NCBI GenBank assembly: GCA_947165685.1
Contig: CAMVBK010000001.1
Span: forward strand, 64,735-128,734
DNA length: 64,000 nt
Direction of reading: 5' to 3'
From: an uncultured Bacteroidales bacterium
Lineage (GTDB): Bacteria; Bacteroidota; Bacteroidia; Bacteroidales; WCHB1-69
The notes under the pieces are model-generated. The model did no database searches. It was given only the letters and a program-made list of their open reading frames with translations, and had not been told where the DNA came from. Of this stretch, positions 10,056 to 18,437 are shown piece after piece; the stretch's first letter is position 1, and the number at the start of each line of letters is the position of its first letter. Made by a program: the position numbers and the translations under genes.

Positions 10056-11918
10056 TTAGGCGGGAAAATCCTTTTTTCTGTCACTGCTGGTTCGGTAGGC
10101 ATAGTCATCTATCGGGTCGGTTTTTTGAGGCGTGTCTTGTGCCTTTTCCGCCGAAGCAGGCTCTATGTCCTTGATGTTCAGCTGTGTGGTTACGGTGTTG
10201 TTCCAACGGTTTTCCTCCACGTGGTAGAGCACATTGAAAGGTTTGGAGTTGCTGATGACGTGAAGTTGCGATTTTTGGTTAAACGCGATGCCATCAAAGG
10301 AGTTTCCACGCTCGAAAGGACTTAACACTCTGCATTTCAAGTGCTTGTCGCCCACAATGCGGGCATTGCCTTCATCCACCACGTTGTCGGTTTCAAAGAT
10401 GGGCTCCATGTTCCCTGGTCCAAAAGGGGCGAATTTTTTAAGGTTTTTCAAGAAATGTGGGGTGATTTCGGAGAGTTTCAAGGACATGTCCACCGTGATT
10501 TCGGGCTCGTAGGCGGATTCATCCAAATTCTCTTTCACGTATTCTTCAAAGCGTTGGGAAAATTCCTCCAAGTTTTCCTGCTTCATGGTCAGTCCAGCGG
10601 CGTACTTGTGTCCTCCGAAGTGCTCCAGCAGGTCGGCGCAGGAGTCGATGCCGTCGTAAATGTTAAATTCCTTGACGGACCGGGCGGATCCGGTGATGAG
10701 GCCGTCATCGGAGCTCATAAGCACGATGGTGGGCTTGTAGAACTCCTCCACGAGGCGGGAAGCCACGATGCCGATGATGCCTTTTTCCCACTGCGGGTTG
10801 TAGATGACGATGCTTTTGCGGTTCTCGAACTCGTGGGAGTTGCGGATCATGTCCATCGCCTCTTCAGTGGCGTTCTTGTCTTTTTGCTTTCGTTCGTTGT
10901 TCTGTTTGTTGATGCGGGTGCTGATTTCCATGGACTTGTCTTCGTCTTCAACAATAAAAAGGCGGACAGACTCCTTGGCACTTTTGATGCGCCCTGCAGC
11001 GTTGATACGAGGTCCGACGTAAAATACTAAGTCAGAGATGGATATGACTCTTGTGAAGATGGTGTCCTCGCTGAATGGGGGATAGGTTCTCATTTTGATG
11101 CCGGCCTGGTCGAGGATGGAGCGGATGCCCATGCGTGGAATCTTGTTGATCATTTCCAGGCCGAAATGGGCGAGGATGCGGTTCTCGCCGGTGATGGCCA
11201 CGATGTCGCAGGCAATGCTCACGGCCACGAGGTCCATGCGTTCTAACCAAAGCTCGTCGGGAAGCCCGTTGCGTTGGCAGTAGCCTTGCACCAACTTGAA
11301 CCCGACTCCACAGCCGGAGAGTTCCTTGTAGGGGTATGGGCAGTCCTTGCGCTTGGGGTCGAGGATGGCGACGGCGTTGGGCAGGGTTTCGCCCTCCAAG
11401 TGGTGGTCGGTGATGATGACGTCGATGCCGTATTGGTTGGCCAAATCGACCATGTCGTTGGCCTTGATGCCGCAGTCAAGGGAAATCAGCAGGTTAATGC
11501 CGTTGTCGCGGCAGTATTGGATGCCCTTCTCGGTGATGCCGTAACCTTCGGTATAGCGGTCGGGGATGTAGTATTTGATGTATTCGTGGGCATCAGACCC
11601 ATGGATTTTGCAGAGGAAAGAGTAGAGCAACGCGACGGCCGAGGTTCCGTCCACGTCGTAGTCGCCATAGACCATTATTCGTTCGTCATGGACAATGGCT
11701 TTGGAGAGACGTTCCACGGCGACGTTCATGTCTTTCATCAGGAACGGGTCATGAAGTTTCTCGATGTTGGGCTCAAAAAAGTCGCGCGCATCCTGCACGT
11801 TGGCGATGCCGCGTTGTGCCAAAAGCGTGGCCAACGGACGCTCAAGATGCAGATGCTCACATAGTTGTGATACAACTGCCTCGTCAGGAAGCTCTTTTTT
11901 TACCCAATGTTTTTTCAT
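10056..11918 (-). CDS. recJ: single-stranded-DNA-specific exonuclease RecJ
   Basis: DHH motifs (VYGDYDVDGTS, DCGI, ITDHH), DHHA1 GGHKYAAG and a C-terminal OB-like region. Confidence 0.92.
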   Translation of the reverse strand: MKKHWVKKELPDEAVVSQLCEHLHLERPLATLLAQRGIANVQDARDFFEPNIEKLHDPFLMKDMNVAVERLSKAIVHDERIMVYGDYDVDGTSAVALLYSFLCKIHGSDAHEYIKYYIPDRYTEGYGITEKGIQYCRDNGINLLISLDCGIKANDMVDLANQYGIDVIITDHHLEGETLPNAVAILDPKRKDCPYPYKELSGCGVGFKLVQGYCQRNGLPDELWLERMDLVAVSIACDIVAITGENRILAHFGLEMINKIPRMGIRSILDQAGIKMRTYPPFSEDTIFTRVISISDLVFYVGPRINAAGRIKSAKESVRLFIVEDEDKSMEISTRINKQNNERKQKDKNATEEAMDMIRNSHEFENRKSIVIYNPQWEKGIIGIVASRLVEEFYKPTIVLMSSDDGLITGSARSVKEFNIYDGIDSCADLLEHFGGHKYAAGLTMKQENLEEFSQRFEEYVKENLDESAYEPEITVDMSLKLSEITPHFLKNLKKFAPFGPGNMEPIFETDNVVDEGNARIVGDKHLKCRVLSPFERGNSFDGIAFNQKSQLHVISNSKPFNVLYHVEENRWNNTVTTQLNIKDIEPASAEKAQDTPQKTDPIDDYAYRTSSDRKKDFPA

Positions 11919-11944
11919 TTTAATCTCTCAAAAAAAACGCGCCG

Positions 11945-11952
11945 CAAATATA
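11945..11952 (-). promoter_or_regulatory. -7 promoter box (TATATTTG on minus strand)
   Basis: TAnnTTTG match 27 nt upstream of recJ ATG 11918. Confidence 0.45.
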
Positions 11953-11976
11953 ATGTTTATTTTTCAATATTGTCCA

Positions 11977-13434
11977 CTAAATATTTCCGATTTTCATTTT
12001 TTTGTCAATGTCGGAAATATACTGCTTCATTTTCTTGTCGGTTTCGCTGAGGTTCCGTATGGTGCGACATGCGTGCAGAACTGTCGCGTGGTCTTTGTTT
12101 CCGCAGTACGCGCCGATGACGGAGAGGGGCAGGTGGGTGTATTTTTTGGCGAAATACATGCTGATTTGGCGAACCTGCACGATTTCGCGTTTGCGAGTCT
12201 TGGCGTTGATGGCCTCAACGGAGATGCCGAAGTAGTCGCACACAATTTTCTGGATGTACTCAATGGAGATCTCCTTGGCGGTGGATTTCACGTATTTATC
12301 GACCATTTCGCGGGCAAGGTCGAGCGTGATGTCGCGGTGGTTGAGCGAGGCCTGCGCGAGGATGGCGATCATGGCGCCTTCCAGTTCTCGGGTGTTGGAG
12401 GTGATGCGCAGTGCCAGATAGTCGATAACCTCTTTCGAGAACTCGATGCCGTTGTTCTCCAGCTTCTTGGTGATGATGGCGGTGCGTGTCTCCAGGTCGG
12501 GCACCTGTAGGTCGGTGGCCAACCCCCATTTGAAACGGTTCAACAGACGAGGCTCGAAGCCTGTGATATCGACCGGCGACTTGTCGGAGGTCATGATGAT
12601 CTGCTTCTTGAGCTGGTGCAAGTGGTTGAAAATCTGGAAGAAGGCTTCTTGGGTCTTCGTCTTGCTGCCGGAAATGAACTGGATGTCGTCGATGATGAGC
12701 ATGTCAACCGCTTGGTAGAACCAGTAGAAGTCGTTGAGATTGTCGCTTTTCACGGCCTCCATGTATTGTTGGTAGAAGGTGTCGGCGCTCACGTAGATGA
12801 CGATTTTGTCGGGGTAGTTGATCTTGGTCTGGATGCCGATGGCGTTGACCAGGTGCGTTTTGCCGAGCCCCACTTCGGAATAGATGAAGAGCGGATTGAA
12901 GGGAGTCTGTCCTGGGGCCTTGGCGATGGACATGCCAGCGGCGTAGGCCAGCCGGTTGCAGTCTCCGACCACGTAGTTGTCGAAAGTCAGAGTTTCCGAC
13001 AGGTTGGACGGAATGGGCGTTTTCTTGATGCCGGGGACGATGAAAGGCCCGGGTATGTCCTTGTTGTCCATGCTGTTGACGTCTAACGGGGGCATTATGG
13101 GCGGATTCTTGACGGCCGGGCGCTCCGAAGGGGCGATGGTCATTGAGGTGGACTGGGAAGGCGTTCGGCCGCGCTCCACCAACACTTTGTAGCGCAGCTT
13201 TGCGTCGTTGCCCAGCAATTTCCGGATGACGGTTCGCAGCAGACTGACATAATGCTCTTCCAGAATTTCCTTGTACCAGAGGCTCGGAAGCTCCAAGGTG
13301 AGCAGCTTGTCATCCAAAGCTACGGCGTTGATGGGTTCGAATATGGTCGAATACACTTCCGGCGACACTGTGTCCCGTATAATCTCCAGACACTGATTCC
13401 AAACTGTAGTATGTGAGGGTAGCTCTTTTTCCAT
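11977..13434 (-). CDS. dnaA: chromosomal replication initiator protein DnaA
   Basis: 485 aa. AAA+ Walker A GEVGLGKTHL, Walker B MLIIDDIQF, and C-terminal DNA-binding domain with the VIGAYCGNKDHATVLHAC signature. Confidence 0.95.
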   Translation of the reverse strand: MEKELPSHTTVWNQCLEIIRDTVSPEVYSTIFEPINAVALDDKLLTLELPSLWYKEILEEHYVSLLRTVIRKLLGNDAKLRYKVLVERGRTPSQSTSMTIAPSERPAVKNPPIMPPLDVNSMDNKDIPGPFIVPGIKKTPIPSNLSETLTFDNYVVGDCNRLAYAAGMSIAKAPGQTPFNPLFIYSEVGLGKTHLVNAIGIQTKINYPDKIVIYVSADTFYQQYMEAVKSDNLNDFYWFYQAVDMLIIDDIQFISGSKTKTQEAFFQIFNHLHQLKKQIIMTSDKSPVDITGFEPRLLNRFKWGLATDLQVPDLETRTAIITKKLENNGIEFSKEVIDYLALRITSNTRELEGAMIAILAQASLNHRDITLDLAREMVDKYVKSTAKEISIEYIQKIVCDYFGISVEAINAKTRKREIVQVRQISMYFAKKYTHLPLSVIGAYCGNKDHATVLHACRTIRNLSETDKKMKQYISDIDKKMKIGNI

Positions 13435-13614
13435 TTGCAGTTTAAGTTTCTTTATTTTATCGCTATTTCTCTAAATCTTAATACGTTATAGTCAAATATG
13501 AAATCAAATTTTCATCTCGCAAAATTAACAAAAAAAAAGTTCAAAAAAATACAATTAGCCTCTTGATTTTTTGAAAAAAAAGTGTAAAGCCGTGCGGTCA
13601 GTGTATAAGCACTG

Positions 13615-14328
13615 CTATGACAACAAGTTATGGAACTCCTCAAATTTACCGACATCCATCCATTCGTCCTCGTCGTGTATGTGCGCGCAGATGCGGTGCG
13701 TCGCCGACTGTTGGATATAGAACTGGGTGATGGACTGCTTCTCGACGGAGGGGATTTCGCGGGCAAACTTCGCGTTCAGGACATGAATCCCGCTGAAAGC
13801 CAGTGCGTCAGGATTTGGGCAGGGGTTGGAGATGAGTTCCTCGCCCGTTTTCACGTTGCGCCATCCGCAAAGCTGTCCGTCCGCCTCGTTGAAAAGCAGG
13901 TAGCGTTGGGTGGTGCGGTGCCTGACGGCAAGTGTGGCCTCGGCATTTGTTTCTATATGCCTGTTAATCACTTTGTTGAGGTTGATATTGGATATGATGT
14001 CCACATTGTAGAGTAGCAGCAGGTCGCTTCCTCCCCACAGCGGTTCTGCGAATTTGAGCCCTCCGGCCGTGTCGCGGAGATAGGCTCGCTCGTCGGAGAC
14101 ATGGAGATGCTCTGCCTGAGGATGCTGCCGAAGCGCGTCAATCATCAGGTCAGGAAAATGGTGGACGTTCACGATGATGTCTGTGATGCCGCTGGCAAAG
14201 AGCTTCCCGATGGCGTGGTCTAACAACGTCCGACCGTTGTATTTGACCAATGCTTTCGGCTTGCTTGCGGTGAGAGGATAAAGGCGCGTGCCCAACCCTG
14301 CGGCGAATATGAATCCGGTGATTTTCAT
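13615..14328 (-). CDS. sugar-phosphate nucleotidyltransferase family protein (MurU/GlmU-N-like)
   Basis: N-terminal FAAGLGTRLYPLTASKPKALV signature of NTP_transferase. 237 aa. Confidence 0.8.
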   Translation of the reverse strand: MKITGFIFAAGLGTRLYPLTASKPKALVKYNGRTLLDHAIGKLFASGITDIIVNVHHFPDLMIDALRQHPQAEHLHVSDERAYLRDTAGGLKFAEPLWGGSDLLLLYNVDIISNINLNKVINRHIETNAEATLAVRHRTTQRYLLFNEADGQLCGWRNVKTGEELISNPCPNPDALAFSGIHVLNAKFAREIPSVEKQSITQFYIQQSATHRICAHIHDEDEWMDVGKFEEFHNLLS

Positions 14329-14348
14329 TTTGATTTGATTTCGGGCCG

Positions 14349-14356
14349 CAAAAGTA
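14349..14356 (-). promoter_or_regulatory. -7 promoter box (TACTTTTG on minus strand)
   Basis: 21 nt upstream of ATG 14328. Confidence 0.45.
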
Positions 14357-14412
14357 ACAAAAAGATGTTGATTATATATTCTCAGCTCCCTTTTTTTTAT
14401 CTCGAAATGTGT

Positions 14413-14420
14413 TATTTTTG
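14413..14420 (+). promoter_or_regulatory. -7 promoter box (TATTTTTG)
   Basis: 20 nt upstream of ATG 14440. Divergent partner of the 14349 box. Confidence 0.45.
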
Positions 14421-14439
14421 CAAGTTAATTGTAGAATGA

Positions 14440-14844
14440 ATGATTATGAAAAGAAAGGTATATATAGCGGTCGCTTGCCTCGCCCTTGTCTTCGCCGCAT
14501 GCACGAAAAAGGTCTCCACACAATACACCATCGGTTGCCTTGGGCATCAGTCCGGTTCCGTTGAGGCTTCGCAATGGCAAGAGTTGGAACGTTATTTTGC
14601 GGATAATGTGGAATACAACAAACTGGTCACCTTTGAAGGAACCTCTTTGGCAGAGAACGATGCGCAGGCTAAGTCGTTGTGCAACAGTCAGCTGGCAAAA
14701 ATTGACACGGCATACGTCTGTGGTCTGCTGAAAAGCTCCGACTATTTCATCTACGGCATCGCCACGCTTAACGCCAGCGGCACATACCGCTTCGTCAAAG
14801 CGATGAAGTTTCACTCTGGCGGTACGGAGGAAGTGTCTCAGTAG
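14440..14844 (+). CDS. hypothetical lipoprotein
   Basis: MIMKRKVYIAVACLALVFAAC lipobox. No family recognised. Confidence 0.55.
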   Translation: MIMKRKVYIAVACLALVFAACTKKVSTQYTIGCLGHQSGSVEASQWQELERYFADNVEYNKLVTFEGTSLAENDAQAKSLCNSQLAKIDTAYVCGLLKSSDYFIYGIATLNASGTYRFVKAMKFHSGGTEEVSQ

Positions 14845-14849
14845 GTCGT

Positions 14850-15497
14850 CTATCGTCGCACTCGCTCCTTCAGCATCGGGACAAAGAGAAAGTTCCCGAA
14901 ATCTTCTTCCTCGTATTCCGTTTCGCTGATTTTTACGATTTTCTTCATGGTCTGGGATTCCACACCCACGGGAATCACCATAATTCCTCCTGTGACTAAC
15001 TGGTCGAGGAGCGCTTGCGGGACGTTCGGTGCGCCGCAGGTGACGATGACCCGATCGTAGGGGGCGAATTGGGGATACCCCTTGAACCCGTCGCCGTAGT
15101 AGGTCACCACCGATGGCGCAAGCTTGTCTAACAGCGGCTTGGTGCGTTTGAACAGCGCAATCTGCCGTTCCACTGTGAAAACCTTCGCCCCCATGGCGTA
15201 CAGGATGGCGGCCTGGAACCCGGATCCGGTACCTATCTCCAACACCTTCATCCCGCGCTTCACCTCCAACAGCTGCGATTGGAATGCCACGGTGGAGGGT
15301 TTCGAGATGGTTTGGTCGGTAGTCAGCTTCAGCGCTTCGTCATCGTATGCGCGTGGCCACAATACCGATTCCAAAAAACGGTGCCGTTCCATTTTGTCGA
15401 AGGCGTTGAGCACATTTTCATCGGTAATGCCCTTTTGCCGGAGCGACTCGATGAGGCGTCTTTTTTGTCCCAGAAGAAGGTAGTTCTCGGTTGGCAT
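14850..15497 (-). CDS. pcm: protein-L-isoaspartate O-methyltransferase
   Basis: SAM motif VLEIGTGSGFQAA, and ISKPSTVA and APYDRVIVT motifs typical of Pcm. Confidence 0.92.
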   Translation of the reverse strand: MPTENYLLLGQKRRLIESLRQKGITDENVLNAFDKMERHRFLESVLWPRAYDDEALKLTTDQTISKPSTVAFQSQLLEVKRGMKVLEIGTGSGFQAAILYAMGAKVFTVERQIALFKRTKPLLDKLAPSVVTYYGDGFKGYPQFAPYDRVIVTCGAPNVPQALLDQLVTGGIMVIPVGVESQTMKKIVKISETEYEEEDFGNFLFVPMLKERVRR

Positions 15498-15502
15498 ATA
15501 GA

Positions 15503-16915
15503 TTAGAATCCGAAGGAGGAACCGTCGAAGCAGTGGGTGCAGAGTCGGTCTTTGGGCAGTCCGATAGCATCGGTGATCATATCCAGCGTGCTGAATTTCA
15601 GGGTGTCCACGCCGAGGTGCTTGCGGATGATTTCCACCATGTTGGCGTATTCTTTGGTGGTGCTGTCGAGGAAGAGATGGAGGTTTTTGCTGTCATCGCC
15701 CTCAAGTTCCTTGATGACGCGGCGGGTGATGAGCTCCATTTGGGTTTTGGAGGCGGAAAAGTTGAGGAACTCGCAGCCGTAGAGCAAAGGCGGGCAGCTG
15801 ATGCGGATATGCACCTCTTTGGCGCCGTACTCGTACATTTTGCGCACGTTGTCGCGCAGTTGTGTGCCGCGCACGATGGAGTCGTCGCAGAAAACGATGC
15901 GCTTGCCCCGCAGCAAGTCTCGGTTGGGCAGCAGTTTCATCTTGGCCACATGTTCGCGCATCGCCTGGTTGGAAGGCATGAAGCTGCGCGACCAGGTGGG
16001 GGTGTATTTGACCATGGCGCGCTGGTAGGGGATGCCTTTGCCGGTGGCGTAGCCCAGCGCCATGCCGATGCCGGAATCGGGGATGGCTGACACGAAGTCG
16101 GCATCCACATCGTCGTTTTTGCCCATGGCATAACCGTAACGGTAGCGTGTGTCCTCCACGTTGATGTCTTCGTAGTTTACGGACGGATAGCCGTAATAAA
16201 TCCACAGGAAGGAGCAGATCTGCATTTTGGGGTTGGGGGCAAGCAGTTGTTGGAATCCGTCGGCGGTGACCTTCACGATTTCGCCGGGCCCGACGTAGTG
16301 GACGGTCTCGTAGTTCAGGTTGGCGAAGCTGTGGTTCTCGGAGGCCAACGCGAAACCGGAATCCTTCTTGCCGATGACGATGGGGGTGCGCCCGTAATAG
16401 TCGCGGGCGGCGATGATGCCGTCTTCGGTGAGTATGAGGATGGAGCAAGAGCCCTTTACTTTATTATATACATATTGTATGCCTTCCACGAAATCGTGTT
16501 TGCGGGTGATCATCAGCGCGATGAGTTCAGTGGGATTGGTGGTGCCGGAGCTGAGCTCGGTGAATTGCTGGTTGCAGTCGAGACATTCTTGTTCCAACTC
16601 ATTGATATTGTTTATTTTAGCTACGGTGCTGATGGCGAATCGCCCCAAGTGGGAATTTACCACAATGGGTTGGGCGTCCGTGTCGCTGATGACACCGATG
16701 CCGGAATTGCCCGTGAATTTGCCGAGGTCGTCCCCGAACTTGGTCCGGAAATAGGAGTTCTCGATGTTGTGGATGGAACGGCGGAACAGTTTCCCTTCCT
16801 GTTGGTAGGTCACGATTCCGGCGCGCCTCGTTCCGAGATGCGAATGATAGTCCACTCCGTAGAACAAATCCGTAATGCAAGGTTCGTTCGATACAATTCC
16901 AAAAAATCCACCCAT
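15503..16915 (-). CDS. amidophosphoribosyltransferase-like protein (class II GATase fold, N-terminal Cys replaced)
   Basis: 470 aa with PurF-like architecture and a PRTase motif (RIVFCDDSIVRGTQL). The N-terminus reads MGGFFGIV rather than MCGI. An in-frame stop lies 4 codons upstream of the ATG. Confidence 0.8.
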   Translation of the reverse strand: MGGFFGIVSNEPCITDLFYGVDYHSHLGTRRAGIVTYQQEGKLFRRSIHNIENSYFRTKFGDDLGKFTGNSGIGVISDTDAQPIVVNSHLGRFAISTVAKINNINELEQECLDCNQQFTELSSGTTNPTELIALMITRKHDFVEGIQYVYNKVKGSCSILILTEDGIIAARDYYGRTPIVIGKKDSGFALASENHSFANLNYETVHYVGPGEIVKVTADGFQQLLAPNPKMQICSFLWIYYGYPSVNYEDINVEDTRYRYGYAMGKNDDVDADFVSAIPDSGIGMALGYATGKGIPYQRAMVKYTPTWSRSFMPSNQAMREHVAKMKLLPNRDLLRGKRIVFCDDSIVRGTQLRDNVRKMYEYGAKEVHIRISCPPLLYGCEFLNFSASKTQMELITRRVIKELEGDDSKNLHLFLDSTTKEYANMVEIIRKHLGVDTLKFSTLDMITDAIGLPKDRLCTHCFDGSSFGF

Positions 16916-17058
16916 AATTTTGCGGTTTTATTTGATTACTAATAATTTAGAGGAGGGAACCCCGTTGCTCCCAACGGGTTGCAATTATACTTTTTTTTCC
17001 GTTGAGGTGCCCTCCCGTGGCGATAGTTTTTATGAACAAAAATTGAACAGCCAATCGG

Positions 17059-18165
17059 TTAGGCTAATTTCACGATTTCTTCGTAGATTCGGTCGATGGC
17101 ATCGGGAAGGGCGAATTGCCGGATGTTGTTGCCAAGAACTTGCATGCGATGCGGGTCTTCGGTTAGCTGCATGAGCGTGGGAATCAGCTTTTCGGCTGCC
17201 TCTTTGTCGGGGATGAGCAAGGCGGCGTCTTTGCTGGACAGGGCCTTGGCGTTGGATGTCTGGTGGTCTTCGGCGGCATAAGGGAACGGCACGAGAATGG
17301 TGGGCGCACCCACGATGGCCAGTTCTGCGAGGGCCAGGGCACCGGCTCTCGACACGATGACATCCGCCATGCTGTAAGCGTCGTTCATGTTCTTGATGAA
17401 AGGCACGATGCGTATATGTTCGTCCTGTTGTTTCAACAGTTCAGGGTCGATGTTTTGGTAAAATTGCTCGCCGGTCTGCCATAGCAGTTGCAGGTCGGCC
17501 TTGCGGAATTCGTCGAGATGGGCGGCCATGGTTTGGTTGAGGGTGCGGGCGCCGAGGCTGCCTCCGACCACGAGGACGGTCCTTTTTTCAGAGGAGAAGT
17601 TGAAGTATCGGTAGGCTGCTTCTGTCTTGCGCTCCATTTGCAGGATTTCCTTGCGGATGGGGTTGCCGGTCTTGATGATTTTTTCCGGCGGGAAGAAGCG
17701 TTCGAGGCCGTCGTAAGCCACGCAAATGGTCTTGGCTTTTTTTGCCAGCATCTTGTTGGTGATGCCGGGATAGGAGTTCTGTTCCTGCAGCAAAGTTGGG
17801 ATGCCGAGTTGGCTGGCGGCTTTCAGTGCGGGACCGCTGGCAAACCCTCCGACCCCGATGGCGAGATCCGGCTTGAAATCGCGCATGATTTTCTTGGCCT
17901 TGCGCATGGCCTGCAACATCACCAGAGGCAGGCGCAGGTTGCACATCATCCCGCTGAGCGACTTCTCCCGGTGGATGCCGTAAATTTCCAGCCCTTCAAT
18001 AGGATAGCCGGCCTCGGGCACACGGCGCATCTCCATTTTGTCGCTTGCCCCGATGAACAATATCTTCGCGTCTGGGTTTTCTGCCTTGATTTTGTTGGCG
18101 ATGGATAAGGCCGGAAAAATGTGGCCGCCGGTGCCGCCGCCGCTGATGATGTATCTCTTTTCCAT
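17059..18165 (-). CDS. murG: UDP-N-acetylglucosamine--N-acetylmuramyl-(pentapeptide) pyrophosphoryl-undecaprenol GlcNAc transferase (MurG, GT28)
   Basis: ISGGGTGGHIFPALSIA N-terminal motif and C-terminal GT28 region (SRAGALALAELAIVGAPTILVPFPYAAEDHQTSNA). The start is set at MEKRY because a -7 box lies inside the longer ORF. Confidence 0.88.
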   Translation of the reverse strand: MEKRYIISGGGTGGHIFPALSIANKIKAENPDAKILFIGASDKMEMRRVPEAGYPIEGLEIYGIHREKSLSGMMCNLRLPLVMLQAMRKAKKIMRDFKPDLAIGVGGFASGPALKAASQLGIPTLLQEQNSYPGITNKMLAKKAKTICVAYDGLERFFPPEKIIKTGNPIRKEILQMERKTEAAYRYFNFSSEKRTVLVVGGSLGARTLNQTMAAHLDEFRKADLQLLWQTGEQFYQNIDPELLKQQDEHIRIVPFIKNMNDAYSMADVIVSRAGALALAELAIVGAPTILVPFPYAAEDHQTSNAKALSSKDAALLIPDKEAAEKLIPTLMQLTEDPHRMQVLGNNIRQFALPDAIDRIYEEIVKLA

Positions 18166-18186
18166 AATGGTTTGGTTTTGGTGCGG

Positions 18187-18194
18187 CAAAAATA
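18187..18194 (-). promoter_or_regulatory. -7 promoter box (TATTTTTG on minus strand)
   Basis: 22 nt upstream of murG ATG 18165. Confidence 0.45.
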
Positions 18195-18437
18195 CATATT
18201 TTCTTTTTCGTCTCTATGCTGCATTCATTGTTGAATGTTTACAACGAAGTGTTAATTTTTTATCTTTATCGGCATAATTCATTAGAGATGAACTACTTGA
18301 AACGAAACCGATTCTGGATTGAACCGATGACGCGCGAGGGATTCTGTGGAAATGACATCCTAATGCTGCGATGCGGAGGTTCGCGCAACGGTTGAGCTCA
18401 AAAGGTTTCGGCGACGGGAGCCTACGCTTTTCTGCGG

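Noticed and set aside
13435-13614. AT-rich region upstream of dnaA as oriC.
   Set aside because: I could not find TTATCCACA-type DnaA boxes or a box cluster by eye. There is no evidence beyond AT-richness and position. It is kept as a low-interest finding, not a feature.
15702-16448. 248-aa Arg/His/Pro-rich ORF in an alternative frame on the same strand as the PurF-like gene. Similar Arg/Pro-rich alternative-frame ORFs occur at 20635-21123, 43848-44405 and 62780-63409.
   Set aside because: These are typical out-of-frame translations of GC-rich third-position coding sequence. Each is fully contained in a gene with strong family signatures.
18288-18395. 35-aa plus-strand ORF (MNYLKRNRFWIEPMTREGFCGNDILMLRCGGSRNG) in the hemW-murG spacer.
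   Set aside because: It has no promoter box upstream, runs opposite to both flanking genes and shows no recognisable features. It is mentioned only as part of the unexplained spacer.
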